DNA from: an uncultured Eubacterium sp.
Lineage (GTDB): Bacteria > Bacillota > Clostridia > Lachnospirales > Lachnospiraceae
NCBI GenBank assembly: GCA_945939115.1
Contig: CAMEVC010000011.1
Coordinates: forward strand, 7,509-71,508
Length of the DNA stretch: 64,000 bases
Direction of reading: 5' to 3'
The position numbers were made by a program, and so were the translations under genes. Of the stretch, positions 1 to 9,275 are shown piece by piece. How positions within the stretch are numbered: position 1 is the stretch's first letter; every line of letters begins with the position of its first letter. The notes below the pieces were generated by a model that saw only the letters and a program-made list of their open reading frames with translations, was not told the origin of the DNA and ran no database searches.

Positions 1-79
1 AATAGTAAGACAGGAACAGAGAACATATTCTCATCAGGAAGTCTTACAACTAATTAAATAACATAAAAGGGAGAGGGAT

Positions 80-1393
80 ATGGGTTTATTCATTAAGAAA
101 GGTAAATTGAATAATTCGGGATTTTCACTGGTGGAAGTTCTCGTTGCAATTGTTATACTTGCAATCATATCTCTACCGGTTTTAAGTACATTTTCTAATG
201 CTGCTAAAATTAATGCAAAGGCAAGAAGAACAGAGAATGCTAATACAGCAATTAATAATATTGTTGAGGAAGCAAGAATAGTTTCTTTGGATGATTTAGC
301 CAACGGAAATGGTAAATATAATTATCAGACTCTTGGAACAAGCACTGACACATATCTTGTTGCAGATAAGGGACAGCAGTATTTTACTGGAGTTGATGGG
401 GAAAAATATTTTATAAGAACTAGGTTTAATGGCAATCCATATAATTCTAATGCAGATGCAGCAGCTGGAAATAAGAAGACTAATAATGATATTAATTCAG
501 CTGGTCTTTCTGTATATGCTGATATTACTTCAAGTAACAGTTATGTATACAGAGATGATTCGGCGGATGCAGAGGCAATTAAGTATTTTTCAGGTTTAAG
601 GAAGACAGCAGTCAGTAGGACAGACCTTTCTAAGACAATAGATGTTACTATATCTATCAAAGAAAAGTCTGGATCGTCCAATTATTTCACCCAGGATATA
701 TCAGTTAAAGTAACGTACAAGTATATAACGGAAGCTGGTAAATACCCGGATTATACAGATCGTTCAATGGATATGGTTACATGGGAATTCCCTGCACAGG
801 TGACTGGCTCAGGTACATCGACGGTGTACACACTTTCAGGAGAGTTAAAGAATAATGTTAAGAATATGTATATATTCTACACACCATTTCAGGGTGAGGC
901 AGTAAGCGGTAAATCATACACAGACATTGTGACTGAAGATGAAATGACATCAAATTCTGTTTCAACAGAGAGAATTAACATTAATTATGATTATCCATCA
1001 ACATATTCTCTTACAAGTGCTGATCATGTAATTAAAGATATTAATGTATATCTGTTCGAGATGGAGAAAGTTGTTAATACATCAACAGTTCTAGGAAGTC
1101 CTGTTTATAAGAAGATGGGTACTAATATATCCAATGTGTATATTAATGGAGTTAGTGCACTTTCAAGTGCCAACGGCACAACTCCAATTACTGTTTATTC
1201 TAATATAGATAAGTGGGGAGAGAAGAATAGTGCACTTACTAAACATGTTAATAATAAAGATGTATTATATCAGATGACTGTGGATGTGTGGCTATGGAGA
1301 GATGTTAAGGATCAAATCAGTGATATAGTTGACAGTAATGCGGAGCCAACTGCAGAAAAGATAACAACACTTACTACAACTAAGGAAGATTAG
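80..1393 (+). CDS. Prepilin-type N-terminal cleavage/methylation-domain protein, oversized minor-pilin-like (437 aa)
   Basis: ATG is preceded by the purine-rich RBS AAGGGAGAGGGA. The N-terminus MGLFIKKGKLNNSG|FSLVEVLVAIVILAI is a class III (prepilin) signal: basic leader, Gly-1, Phe+1, Glu+5 and a ~20-aa hydrophobic helix. The rest is N/T/S/Y-rich with no domain I recognise. Confidence 0.8.
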   Translation: MGLFIKKGKLNNSGFSLVEVLVAIVILAIISLPVLSTFSNAAKINAKARRTENANTAINNIVEEARIVSLDDLANGNGKYNYQTLGTSTDTYLVADKGQQYFTGVDGEKYFIRTRFNGNPYNSNADAAAGNKKTNNDINSAGLSVYADITSSNSYVYRDDSADAEAIKYFSGLRKTAVSRTDLSKTIDVTISIKEKSGSSNYFTQDISVKVTYKYITEAGKYPDYTDRSMDMVTWEFPAQVTGSGTSTVYTLSGELKNNVKNMYIFYTPFQGEAVSGKSYTDIVTEDEMTSNSVSTERININYDYPSTYSLTSADHVIKDINVYLFEMEKVVNTSTVLGSPVYKKMGTNISNVYINGVSALSSANGTTPITVYSNIDKWGEKNSALTKHVNNKDVLYQMTVDVWLWRDVKDQISDIVDSNAEPTAEKITTLTTTKED

Positions 1394-1417
1394 TCAGTGA
1401 AAGAATGAGGATATCAT

Positions 1418-3973
1418 ATGGGAAAAGTATTATTTAAAAGAAAAAAGAATAATTCTGGTTCTACTATTGTAATAGTGCTGTTGATGACATCATTCGTACT
1501 GATATTATCTACTCTTATTACAACAACAACCATGATAAATCTCAGAATGAAGATGGCTTCAAGTCAGTCTACAAAATCGTTCTACACAGCAGAAGAAGCT
1601 GTGGATGAAGTAAGAGCTGCACTTGGTGTTATTTCTGTTGAATGTTTTAATACTGCATATGAGGAAGAACTTACTAAGTTATATAGTACCAATTCAACAG
1701 GAACAGTTATTAACAATAAAGAGGCTAATAAGCAGATGAGACAGAAGTACACTAAGGAACTTCTTAATAAAATGCAGTTGTTTAATGGTGTACCTAATGC
1801 TGATGATAAAATTGATTTTTATCTAGGCAGACCAGCGGGTTCATCTACAATTGCGTCATGGACAGCAGATGATACAAAGGTTGATGAAAAGACAATATAT
1901 ACATCATTTATATCTACTTTAAATAATTACATTGAAGATAACACTAAGCTCTCAGTTGAGAAGGTAACAAAGATTACATTCGATGTTTCAGGTGTTGATC
2001 CTCTTTATTCATATTCGGTCGGATTCTATGATTGTGTAGTCAAATATCTTGATAAAAGTGGAAATTATTCTTATATCACTTTTAATGGAGCAGTAGGAAT
2101 GCCTGATATTGAAATTGACTTTAAGAATGATGATAAAGTTGGTACATTGTGCTTTGCTGATTATTCTCTTGTAGGTAATGGTGGTATTATTTTACCTAAG
2201 AATACTTCAGCAACTATCAGTGGAAGTGCATATGCAGGAACAGGCGCTTCAACTAATGGAACTGCACTTACGATTGATGAAGGTGCTAATCTTACAATGG
2301 GTGGCGGTTATTTTGTCTGCGGTGGTAATATTGAATCTAAGAATAGTTCAAAACTTACAGTTAACAGCACATCTTTATGGGCAAAGAATATTAATGTTGC
2401 AGATGGTGTTACTATTAATTCAAGTGGGGCATCTTTCAATCTTCAGGATGATCTTACTGTTGATGGAGAGACTTCTAATGTAAATGTTAATGGTTCGTTC
2501 TTTGGATTTGGTTATGAGGAAGGTAATCTCGCAAAGCAGAGACCTAATTATAGTAGTGCAATTATTGTTAACGGACTTAATTCTCATGTTACATTTGGAA
2601 CTCTTGGACATCTGTATGTAGCAGGACGAGCATATATCAAATTCTCTGATGACCGTGCATATGCAACAGGTGAGTCATCTGCTGTTAATATTAATCAGGA
2701 AATATATATGATACCGGCTAAGCTGCTGACGAATGGCTCTAAGAATCCATCTGCTCTTAATGACAGTTCGGCAAGTGGAGTAACATTTACATGTGATATT
2801 AATGAAAATAATTTCTTTGCATACGATTTACTTGCTGCTCAAAAGTATGAAAGCAGAAATGCTTACTTTGACACAAATGGTAATCTTGTGGATGAAAGTA
2901 CTCTTGATACTGACAGTACAACAAAGCTTATCACAGATGCTAATATAAGAGCTAATTCTAAGACATATTATTACTTTAAGTTTAAGGACGACTATGCAAG
3001 GAATCAGTATGCCAATCTTATATTAGATGATGCTAAATTTGCTTCATATATTAATGGCAGAGTAAGCTCTCTTGGATTGTCTGGCACTAGTGAGTATAAT
3101 TACAGAGATGATGCTGAAAAGTTAAGAAAACAGATTATTGCTGCTAAGGAGTCATTTAAGGGACTTACAACATCAAGCATAACAGGTGTTACAATCAGCA
3201 CTCCGGGAACTTTTTCTCAGATTACAGGTTCTTCGGGCAGTACATTGTCTGCTGAGGAGCAGAAGATTAAGTCTATGAGCATAGACAGAGCTTTGAGATA
3301 TGATGTGCTTAATAAGATTCTTGCTAATCCGTTAAAGAGCGATGATGAATCTGGATGGTATACAAGCAGGGCTGATTTGCAAAATGATTTAAGTTCAAGA
3401 AATCCAGCCAAGTATAATTCAATTAATCTTAGCAATTATACTTTAGGTGACGTATTCGGTAATATAGTTAATGAGGAAGGCCTTGAGGAATTATTAAGAA
3501 GTGGAACAGGTCCAACTTATTCATATCCAAAGTTTACTGATGGAAGCAATTATGCAGTGTATATGCTTAACAGTAGTGATCCTTCTGAAACATTAAAGAT
3601 AAGTACAGTTGGATTTACGAGTGGTCTTGTTGTATGTACGGGTAATGTAGATGTAGATACAAACTTTAGTGGGGTTATTCTCGCAAAGGGAAAGGTTACC
3701 ATATATAATGGATGCACAGTCAGCAATGGTTATACAGAGGCTTCATTTAAGACGGCAATAGAAAGCTGGATGTCAGCAGCCAAAGAAGAGAATGGTACTA
3801 TGCGAAATGGATATGATATAGGACATATTTTCAGATTCTATAATTCAAAGACAACTACAACTAAAGGGGCTTTAACGGTTGATAAAATGACATATAGAGA
3901 TATGGTAAGAATTGAACAGTGGAGAAAGTACGAAGAAGAAGAGGCTTATTCAACAGTAGCAACACCAGAGTAA
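1418..3973 (+). CDS. Large PilX-N-like pilus-associated protein with degenerate prepilin signal (851 aa)
   Basis: GAGGA RBS lies 6 nt upstream. The N-terminus MGKVLFKRKKNNSG|STIVIVLLMTSFVLILSTLI keeps the basic leader, NNxG and hydrophobic helix but lacks Phe+1 and Glu+5. The following FYTAEEAVDEVRAAL resembles PilX-N type anchors (from memory). Aa 248-405 form a G/N/T/S-rich short-repeat segment (e.g. GGNIESKNSSKLTVNSTSLWAKNINVADGVTINSSG) suggestive of a beta-helix. The gene is 24 nt from the upstream gene. Confidence 0.75.
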   Translation: MGKVLFKRKKNNSGSTIVIVLLMTSFVLILSTLITTTTMINLRMKMASSQSTKSFYTAEEAVDEVRAALGVISVECFNTAYEEELTKLYSTNSTGTVINNKEANKQMRQKYTKELLNKMQLFNGVPNADDKIDFYLGRPAGSSTIASWTADDTKVDEKTIYTSFISTLNNYIEDNTKLSVEKVTKITFDVSGVDPLYSYSVGFYDCVVKYLDKSGNYSYITFNGAVGMPDIEIDFKNDDKVGTLCFADYSLVGNGGIILPKNTSATISGSAYAGTGASTNGTALTIDEGANLTMGGGYFVCGGNIESKNSSKLTVNSTSLWAKNINVADGVTINSSGASFNLQDDLTVDGETSNVNVNGSFFGFGYEEGNLAKQRPNYSSAIIVNGLNSHVTFGTLGHLYVAGRAYIKFSDDRAYATGESSAVNINQEIYMIPAKLLTNGSKNPSALNDSSASGVTFTCDINENNFFAYDLLAAQKYESRNAYFDTNGNLVDESTLDTDSTTKLITDANIRANSKTYYYFKFKDDYARNQYANLILDDAKFASYINGRVSSLGLSGTSEYNYRDDAEKLRKQIIAAKESFKGLTTSSITGVTISTPGTFSQITGSSGSTLSAEEQKIKSMSIDRALRYDVLNKILANPLKSDDESGWYTSRADLQNDLSSRNPAKYNSINLSNYTLGDVFGNIVNEEGLEELLRSGTGPTYSYPKFTDGSNYAVYMLNSSDPSETLKISTVGFTSGLVVCTGNVDVDTNFSGVILAKGKVTIYNGCTVSNGYTEASFKTAIESWMSAAKEENGTMRNGYDIGHIFRFYNSKTTTTKGALTVDKMTYRDMVRIEQWRKYEEEEAYSTVATPE

Positions 3974-3999
3974 TAAAGAAATTCATATGGAGATGTGAG

Positions 4000-4563
4000 A
4001 TGGGGAATAGAATTAGTGAGAAAAAACAAATTAATAATCATGGATTTTCTTTGTTAGAACTTCTTGTTGTTATGGCGATAATTGCAGTTGTTACGATTGT
4101 TACAATGATTGGCATTAATGTTTTATACAAAGGAAATGCCAAGAAGCTTAATAAGAATCTTTATTCGACAATCAGTGAGTTAAAGACTAATACTATGTCT
4201 AAAGCTGGAGACTGGCGGGTTGTTATAAAAAAAGATGACGGAGATTATGTTATTTCAATGATGTGGAGAAAGGATTCTACATCAGAGTATATTGAAAAGG
4301 ATTCGTACAGATGTGGTGCGGGAAGAATTTCATTTACATATGAGAATGGAACACCATCAGCAGCGAAGGCAGATTTTTCAACTGATGAAATGGTTATTGA
4401 GTACGCCAGAGATAATGGACAGGTAAGAACTGTTAAGGTTGGAGCCGATAATTATGTTAATAAGGATGATGCCCAGTCAGGAGTATTCAAGATTAAAACA
4501 TCTGGCACAGAGTATACTTCAGAATTGTGGTATGCAACCGGTAAGGTAATAACAACGAATTAG
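4000..4563 (+). CDS. Prepilin-type N-terminal cleavage/methylation-domain protein (pseudopilin, 187 aa)
   Basis: The ORF track starts at 3919, overlapping the previous gene. I prefer ATG 4000, which has a GGAG RBS at 3989-3992. The N-terminus is MGNRISEKKQINNHG|FSLLELLVVMAIIAVV (Gly-1, Phe+1, Glu+5). Confidence 0.8.
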   Translation: MGNRISEKKQINNHGFSLLELLVVMAIIAVVTIVTMIGINVLYKGNAKKLNKNLYSTISELKTNTMSKAGDWRVVIKKDDGDYVISMMWRKDSTSEYIEKDSYRCGAGRISFTYENGTPSAAKADFSTDEMVIEYARDNGQVRTVKVGADNYVNKDDAQSGVFKIKTSGTEYTSELWYATGKVITTN

Positions 4564-4587
4564 GCGTTTAGTAAACGGGAGTGGATT

Positions 4588-5244
4588 ATGAAGCGAAACA
4601 ATAAGGGTTTTTCATTAGTTGAATTATTGATTGCTATGGCAGTCTCTAGCATAGTGTTGACTGCATTGGTATTGCTTGTTTCACAGTCTGTCAGGAGTTA
4701 TAGTAAGCAGACTTCGTTGGCACAGATACAGAGTGATGCTGATGTTGTATTAAATCAGATATCCAAGAGTATTCTTGAGGCCGATATCATATATATTGAT
4801 AAGACAGATGCATATGTAAAATTCTATACAAAAATGGTAGATGATACATCAGACCCAACTAATCCTAAGCATATTAAATGGGGATATTATTATGATAAGT
4901 CAGAGAAGAAATTGTATTACACAGATGATACACTCTCGAAGAAAAGTGAGGCTTGTGATTATGTTGAGGATTTTGATGTGAAAATTTCAAAATCAAATTT
5001 TGATTTAAAAGATGGACATATTATAGAGACTCTGCCATCTAATCCAGAAATATCCGTATCAATTTCGTTGAAACGAATGAAGTCTGAAAGAACAGTTACA
5101 AGAGAGTATATGTCCCGAAATAAAATTGGTGATAAAATCACATTACCAAAGACAACCGGAGGGGAAGTTACACTGAAAGCAACCGGTACAGTAGCAGGTG
5201 ATAAGTCTGATTTGAACAAAATAGATGCAAAGTATTTTTATTAA
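4588..5244 (+). CDS. Prepilin-type N-terminal cleavage/methylation-domain protein (PilW/GspJ-like minor pseudopilin, 218 aa)
   Basis: GGGAG RBS lies 6 nt upstream. The N-terminus is MKRNNKG|FSLVELLIAMAVSSIVLTALVLL. The helix context LIAMAVSS.VL is typical of PilW/GspJ/ComGF-class minor pilins (from memory). Confidence 0.8.
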   Translation: MKRNNKGFSLVELLIAMAVSSIVLTALVLLVSQSVRSYSKQTSLAQIQSDADVVLNQISKSILEADIIYIDKTDAYVKFYTKMVDDTSDPTNPKHIKWGYYYDKSEKKLYYTDDTLSKKSEACDYVEDFDVKISKSNFDLKDGHIIETLPSNPEISVSISLKRMKSERTVTREYMSRNKIGDKITLPKTTGGEVTLKATGTVAGDKSDLNKIDAKYFY

Positions 5245-5261
5245 GTATCAGGAGGTAAATA

Positions 5262-8200
5262 ATGATGGAAATAAAAAAATTTGATTTTAAAAAGCATATA
5301 TTGACAATGATTACCTCTGTGGTAGTTTTTGCTTTGATGGTACTTCTAATTGTGGTTACGCGTAAGCCAGAAACTGCGGAAGCGTCGTCGGTAACTATAG
5401 GTGGAAAGACTTATTCTGCTGATGGAACACATATGGTTATTCTCGAAGTTGTACCAGATGAATCTTATGATGTTCTGGGTTCATTGGTTGCAGATGATCA
5501 AGGTGTTGTAAAGTGGACTGATATTGTAAAAGATCAGCCTAAGGTTGGGACTGTCAATTTTGATGCGTACGGTAATCCAGCAACAGATGCTGATAAAACG
5601 AAAAATGATCAATTTACACAATATATAAAGGATTATGCACACAAATATCTTTCTTCAATTAACTCTACATTAGGAGGAAAGTTTGCAAAGGCTTATTTCA
5701 GAATTAAAGATACAGATAAATTGTATTCCGTAATGGATTCTGATGTGACTATAGCAAGACAGATAGGGTATGATCTTAATAATTTACAGTTAGAGTTTTA
5801 TACTGTGGATGCAAGTGGAAATGCTGGTGAGTTAATTAAGGATCCATCTACTAATAAGCCAATAAGAGATATTTTTTCTTATTCTATATTTGATAGTGCT
5901 AAGATGAATGGTGCTCTTGATATTAAATATGTCAAGGCATCAGAAGTTAAAGTTTCTGATATTGATAGTGCTGCATTGGTTTATTTCTCTAAATTTACTA
6001 ATAATAATATTCTGCAAATGTATGAGCAGAGAACAGGGAAAAAGGCAACATCAATAGATAACTGGACTAAAGGAACATATGATTTAAAGGCAGATGTAGC
6101 ACTTCATTTGTATATGGAAAATATAACTGCAAGCAAGGCTGTAGTATACTGTTCAACAGAAAAAAATGCAATTACAACTAATATTGGTAAGATATGTATG
6201 CTTATGGATGCAATTGATGGTGATTATTTTGTCAGGGATTTTGCATATAATTATGTTGGTAATACTAATAGAATGTATGAGGGAAACAGAGGCTGGATTG
6301 ATGTATCAGATAATACATTAAAGTTATTCCTTGAACAAAGCACAACAGATCCCTCAAAGACTAATTTCGAAATGGAATTTGGCTCTACGATGTTCAGTGA
6401 CTGTCATAAAGGATATGCACCTAAGGGAGAATATACAGGTCCTAATGGAAATTATTCGTATCCAAGATATAATGGTACTGAACAAGGGGTACAGCAGACT
6501 TTAAGAAGAGCTTCCTTAGCTAGAAATAATGAAAATGCACTTGTTCAGCAGTTGGAATCTGATATAGGAAATGTTGATGATTATAAAGACGGTATTTATA
6601 AGGGTACTTATTATCAGGATGCAAGAAAGGCTTTAGGTGTAGAAGAGGATGAGGAATTCAGATATTCTCAGGCTATAAGATACATTTTAGGTGATTTTGA
6701 TACATCTAATATAAGTACGATAAAGGTATTAGAGGTTGAACCTGCTGGATACTACAGATATACAGGTACAATGGAAGACCAGAAAAATATCAGAAGATGG
6801 TTCAGCTTATCAACAGAAACTAATAGTGCAGGTGATAAGTTCGAAGTTCCATATAAGATTGAGATAGACCATTGTTCAACTAATGCGTTAATTGCTAAAA
6901 ATGTTGATCTTGCTGCTGAGTATGACCTTATAATTATGGGTGCATATGGAAAAGATAAATTCAATTCATCTGATTCTGTAACTCCATTTGATACGGAGAT
7001 ACTTGGAAATGTATTCAGCAAAGGCAGTTCGTGGGTTTCAGGAAAAGGTAAGGATTTTAGTGGGGCTACATTAAACGGTAATGATATAACTAACAAAGTA
7101 TATGATAAGATATATGACTATGCTTTAAGAGGAATGCCAATAGTATTTGACAAGAGCTTGTATTTTGGAGATACTAATGTGACGGATTCAGATACTAATA
7201 TGTATAAGCTGAGAATGGATGAGTTCATAGTCAAACTTTTGGCTGATAAGGGAACCAATGGAAATATTACATATACAGATGTATCTGCACAGGGAGAACA
7301 GAAGGTCTCAATCCGATTGAAATTCATAAAGAAGCCGGGTGAGGTTATTGGTTCAACTTATACTAATTATAATGGTAAAATGGCTAATCCTGTTGTATAT
7401 TCTGTAGATGGACTGGATGGAACTGTTCAGACTGATTCTTCTGATGGTAATATCAAGGTCACATTCAAAGGCAGTGAGGCTCTGCCAAGTGGCAATTACA
7501 GAGTTAAGATATACATAGACAGAAATCAGGATGGAATATTTGCTGATGATGTTCAAAGCGATAAGAAGGAGCTCCTGTATTACGATGTAACGCATGGCAG
7601 AGGTTCTAATGATGAGTATTATGGCAAACTGTATTCAAGCAGCGGAACTAATGTATTTGAGACAAGTGTATTGTTACCTGCAGCTTCAAGAGGATACTTT
7701 GCATGGAAAGTTGAAATTGTTAAGGTAACAGGAACGGACTTTGCTTCAGTTGATAAGGTTAAATATTCTGCTAAATCTGTTAAAGAGGGCGGATTTGCCA
7801 TAAAGGGCAATGAAACTACTGTTAAGGTATTGCAGATAAATAATAGTACAGGCAATTTGGATCTTACTGGAACTGGTGATGGTTCATTTAATAGTTACTT
7901 TAACAAGGCATCAAATATGACCGGACTTAATTTGTCTGTTAAAAGAATGGATTGTGATGCTGTTAATAATATTGCTGACCCTTCAAAAGAATTCAGCAAA
8001 TATTCTATGATTGTTCTTGGTATGGCTGACAGTTATGGTGAAAATTCAAGCTTAAATGATAATGTAATTGCAGCGTTACAGAAGTATATTAACGATGGAA
8101 ATGCAGTATTATTTACTCATGATGCAATGTCATACAAAGATTCAAACAAGGATTATGTTACCACTTACAACAATCTTACCAAATTCACTAAGGGATTTTT

Positions 8201-9269
8201 GCCTCTGATTGGTATGAAATACAGTGTTAACGGATCTAATATCAATACGAATTTTACAGATTCATTGCATTTTACACTTGTAAGAAGAGACATGGAAAAT
8301 ATTCACTACCCTTATATCCACAATGGGCAATATGAGGGAATAGAAAACAAAACAGTTTATACTAGTAAAATATCAAAATTAAATGATGGGCAGATAACTG
8401 AGTATCCATATGCAATTCCTAATGATGTAGGCATAGCTGATACTCATGGTCAGTATTTTGCATTAGATCTTGATAAGCATTTTGCTAATAACCCAACTGC
8501 ATCAAGTCCTACAATATATAATGCGGATGGTAGTATGGCTAGTCAGCCGGTTGTATGGTATACACTTAATTCTGGTTATAAAGGCTATTATGATTATAAT
8601 GGTCAGGATGCAATGAGTAACTATTACATATATTCATATGGAAATGTTACTTATTCTACAGCTGGTCATAGTGAGATTAGTGGAGAGGCAGAAACACAGT
8701 TATTTGTTAATACATTTACAAGATCGTTGTTATCAGGGAATAATAACCCAGAGGTTATATATACTGATGATGGAACGAAATATGATCAAAATACTACTGA
8801 ATATAAGAATTACCTTAAGACAGAATTTGATAAGCTTGCAAGAACAAAGTTGAGCTTTAAGTTCAGAATAATAGATGCTGATCTTATATCTAACAGTGAT
8901 TATATTTCAGATGCTTTTATGTATATTTATAATGATGATGGCACAAGAACTGATGCAATGTATGACAGTAGCAAGGATATTTATCTTGGTAAGATTAATG
9001 AGGCAACCTTACCAGAAGGAACTAAGACAATATCTTTAACGGGCTCAACCTCATCAATTATAGTCGGGAAAGAATATACAGTTGAGAATTTCTGGGATGT
9101 ATTAACAGAACTGAATAGTACTTTGACGACCAAGATTGATGTAACAAGTCTTATGTCAAGAATGAAGAACGGAAATCTTAAAATCGGTATTGCTGCAACA
9201 GATGGAAATGATGGAGAGGGTTATTCAATTTTAACAATTGATTGTAAGACATTGTTTGATTTAGATTAG
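5262..9269 (+). CDS. Giant membrane-anchored multi-module protein (1335 aa) of unknown function, last gene of the pilin-like operon
   Basis: GGAGG RBS lies 6 nt upstream. The protein has a single N-terminal hydrophobic span (ILTMITSVVVFALMVLLIVVT) with no G-F-x-x-x-E and no LPXTG. Three internal modules open with HMVILEVVPDE (aa 57), IKVLEVEPA (aa 487) and VKVLQIN (aa 855). The third carries the motif order NAVLFTHD ... QITEYPY ... YGNVTYSTAGHS, reminiscent of ThuA-like/class I glutamine-amidotransferase-like folds. The gene is 17 nt from the upstream gene. Confidence 0.85.
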   Translation: MMEIKKFDFKKHILTMITSVVVFALMVLLIVVTRKPETAEASSVTIGGKTYSADGTHMVILEVVPDESYDVLGSLVADDQGVVKWTDIVKDQPKVGTVNFDAYGNPATDADKTKNDQFTQYIKDYAHKYLSSINSTLGGKFAKAYFRIKDTDKLYSVMDSDVTIARQIGYDLNNLQLEFYTVDASGNAGELIKDPSTNKPIRDIFSYSIFDSAKMNGALDIKYVKASEVKVSDIDSAALVYFSKFTNNNILQMYEQRTGKKATSIDNWTKGTYDLKADVALHLYMENITASKAVVYCSTEKNAITTNIGKICMLMDAIDGDYFVRDFAYNYVGNTNRMYEGNRGWIDVSDNTLKLFLEQSTTDPSKTNFEMEFGSTMFSDCHKGYAPKGEYTGPNGNYSYPRYNGTEQGVQQTLRRASLARNNENALVQQLESDIGNVDDYKDGIYKGTYYQDARKALGVEEDEEFRYSQAIRYILGDFDTSNISTIKVLEVEPAGYYRYTGTMEDQKNIRRWFSLSTETNSAGDKFEVPYKIEIDHCSTNALIAKNVDLAAEYDLIIMGAYGKDKFNSSDSVTPFDTEILGNVFSKGSSWVSGKGKDFSGATLNGNDITNKVYDKIYDYALRGMPIVFDKSLYFGDTNVTDSDTNMYKLRMDEFIVKLLADKGTNGNITYTDVSAQGEQKVSIRLKFIKKPGEVIGSTYTNYNGKMANPVVYSVDGLDGTVQTDSSDGNIKVTFKGSEALPSGNYRVKIYIDRNQDGIFADDVQSDKKELLYYDVTHGRGSNDEYYGKLYSSSGTNVFETSVLLPAASRGYFAWKVEIVKVTGTDFASVDKVKYSAKSVKEGGFAIKGNETTVKVLQINNSTGNLDLTGTGDGSFNSYFNKASNMTGLNLSVKRMDCDAVNNIADPSKEFSKYSMIVLGMADSYGENSSLNDNVIAALQKYINDGNAVLFTHDAMSYKDSNKDYVTTYNNLTKFTKGFLPLIGMKYSVNGSNINTNFTDSLHFTLVRRDMENIHYPYIHNGQYEGIENKTVYTSKISKLNDGQITEYPYAIPNDVGIADTHGQYFALDLDKHFANNPTASSPTIYNADGSMASQPVVWYTLNSGYKGYYDYNGQDAMSNYYIYSYGNVTYSTAGHSEISGEAETQLFVNTFTRSLLSGNNNPEVIYTDDGTKYDQNTTEYKNYLKTEFDKLARTKLSFKFRIIDADLISNSDYISDAFMYIYNDDGTRTDAMYDSSKDIYLGKINEATLPEGTKTISLTGSTSSIIVGKEYTVENFWDVLTELNSTLTTKIDVTSLMSRMKNGNLKIGIAATDGNDGEGYSILTIDCKTLFDLD

Positions 9270-9275
9270 TTTTGA

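Noticed and set aside
1-57. Frame 1 is open from the window edge to TAA at 55-57 (…NSKTGTENIFSSGSLTTN*). This is possibly the 3' end of another pilin-like gene.
   Set aside because: Only 18 codons are visible and a second frame is also open (to 59-61). That is too little sequence to call a CDS or a function.
2178-2483. 101-aa alternative-frame plus-strand ORF inside the 851-aa gene.
   Set aside because: It has no RBS, a low-complexity L/Q/M composition, and is fully nested in a longer ORF with a proper start signal.
3919-3999. N-terminal extensions proposed by the ORF track (also at 14415, 18491, 22202, 24389, 24988, 28864, 29433, 35625, 41806, 45609, 45928, 50388, 51239, 54714 and 56279).
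   Set aside because: The extensions start at upstream GTG/TTG/ATG codons without a Shine-Dalgarno, overlap the preceding gene or add non-homologous residues. A downstream ATG with a GGAGG-like RBS reproduces the known family N-terminus.
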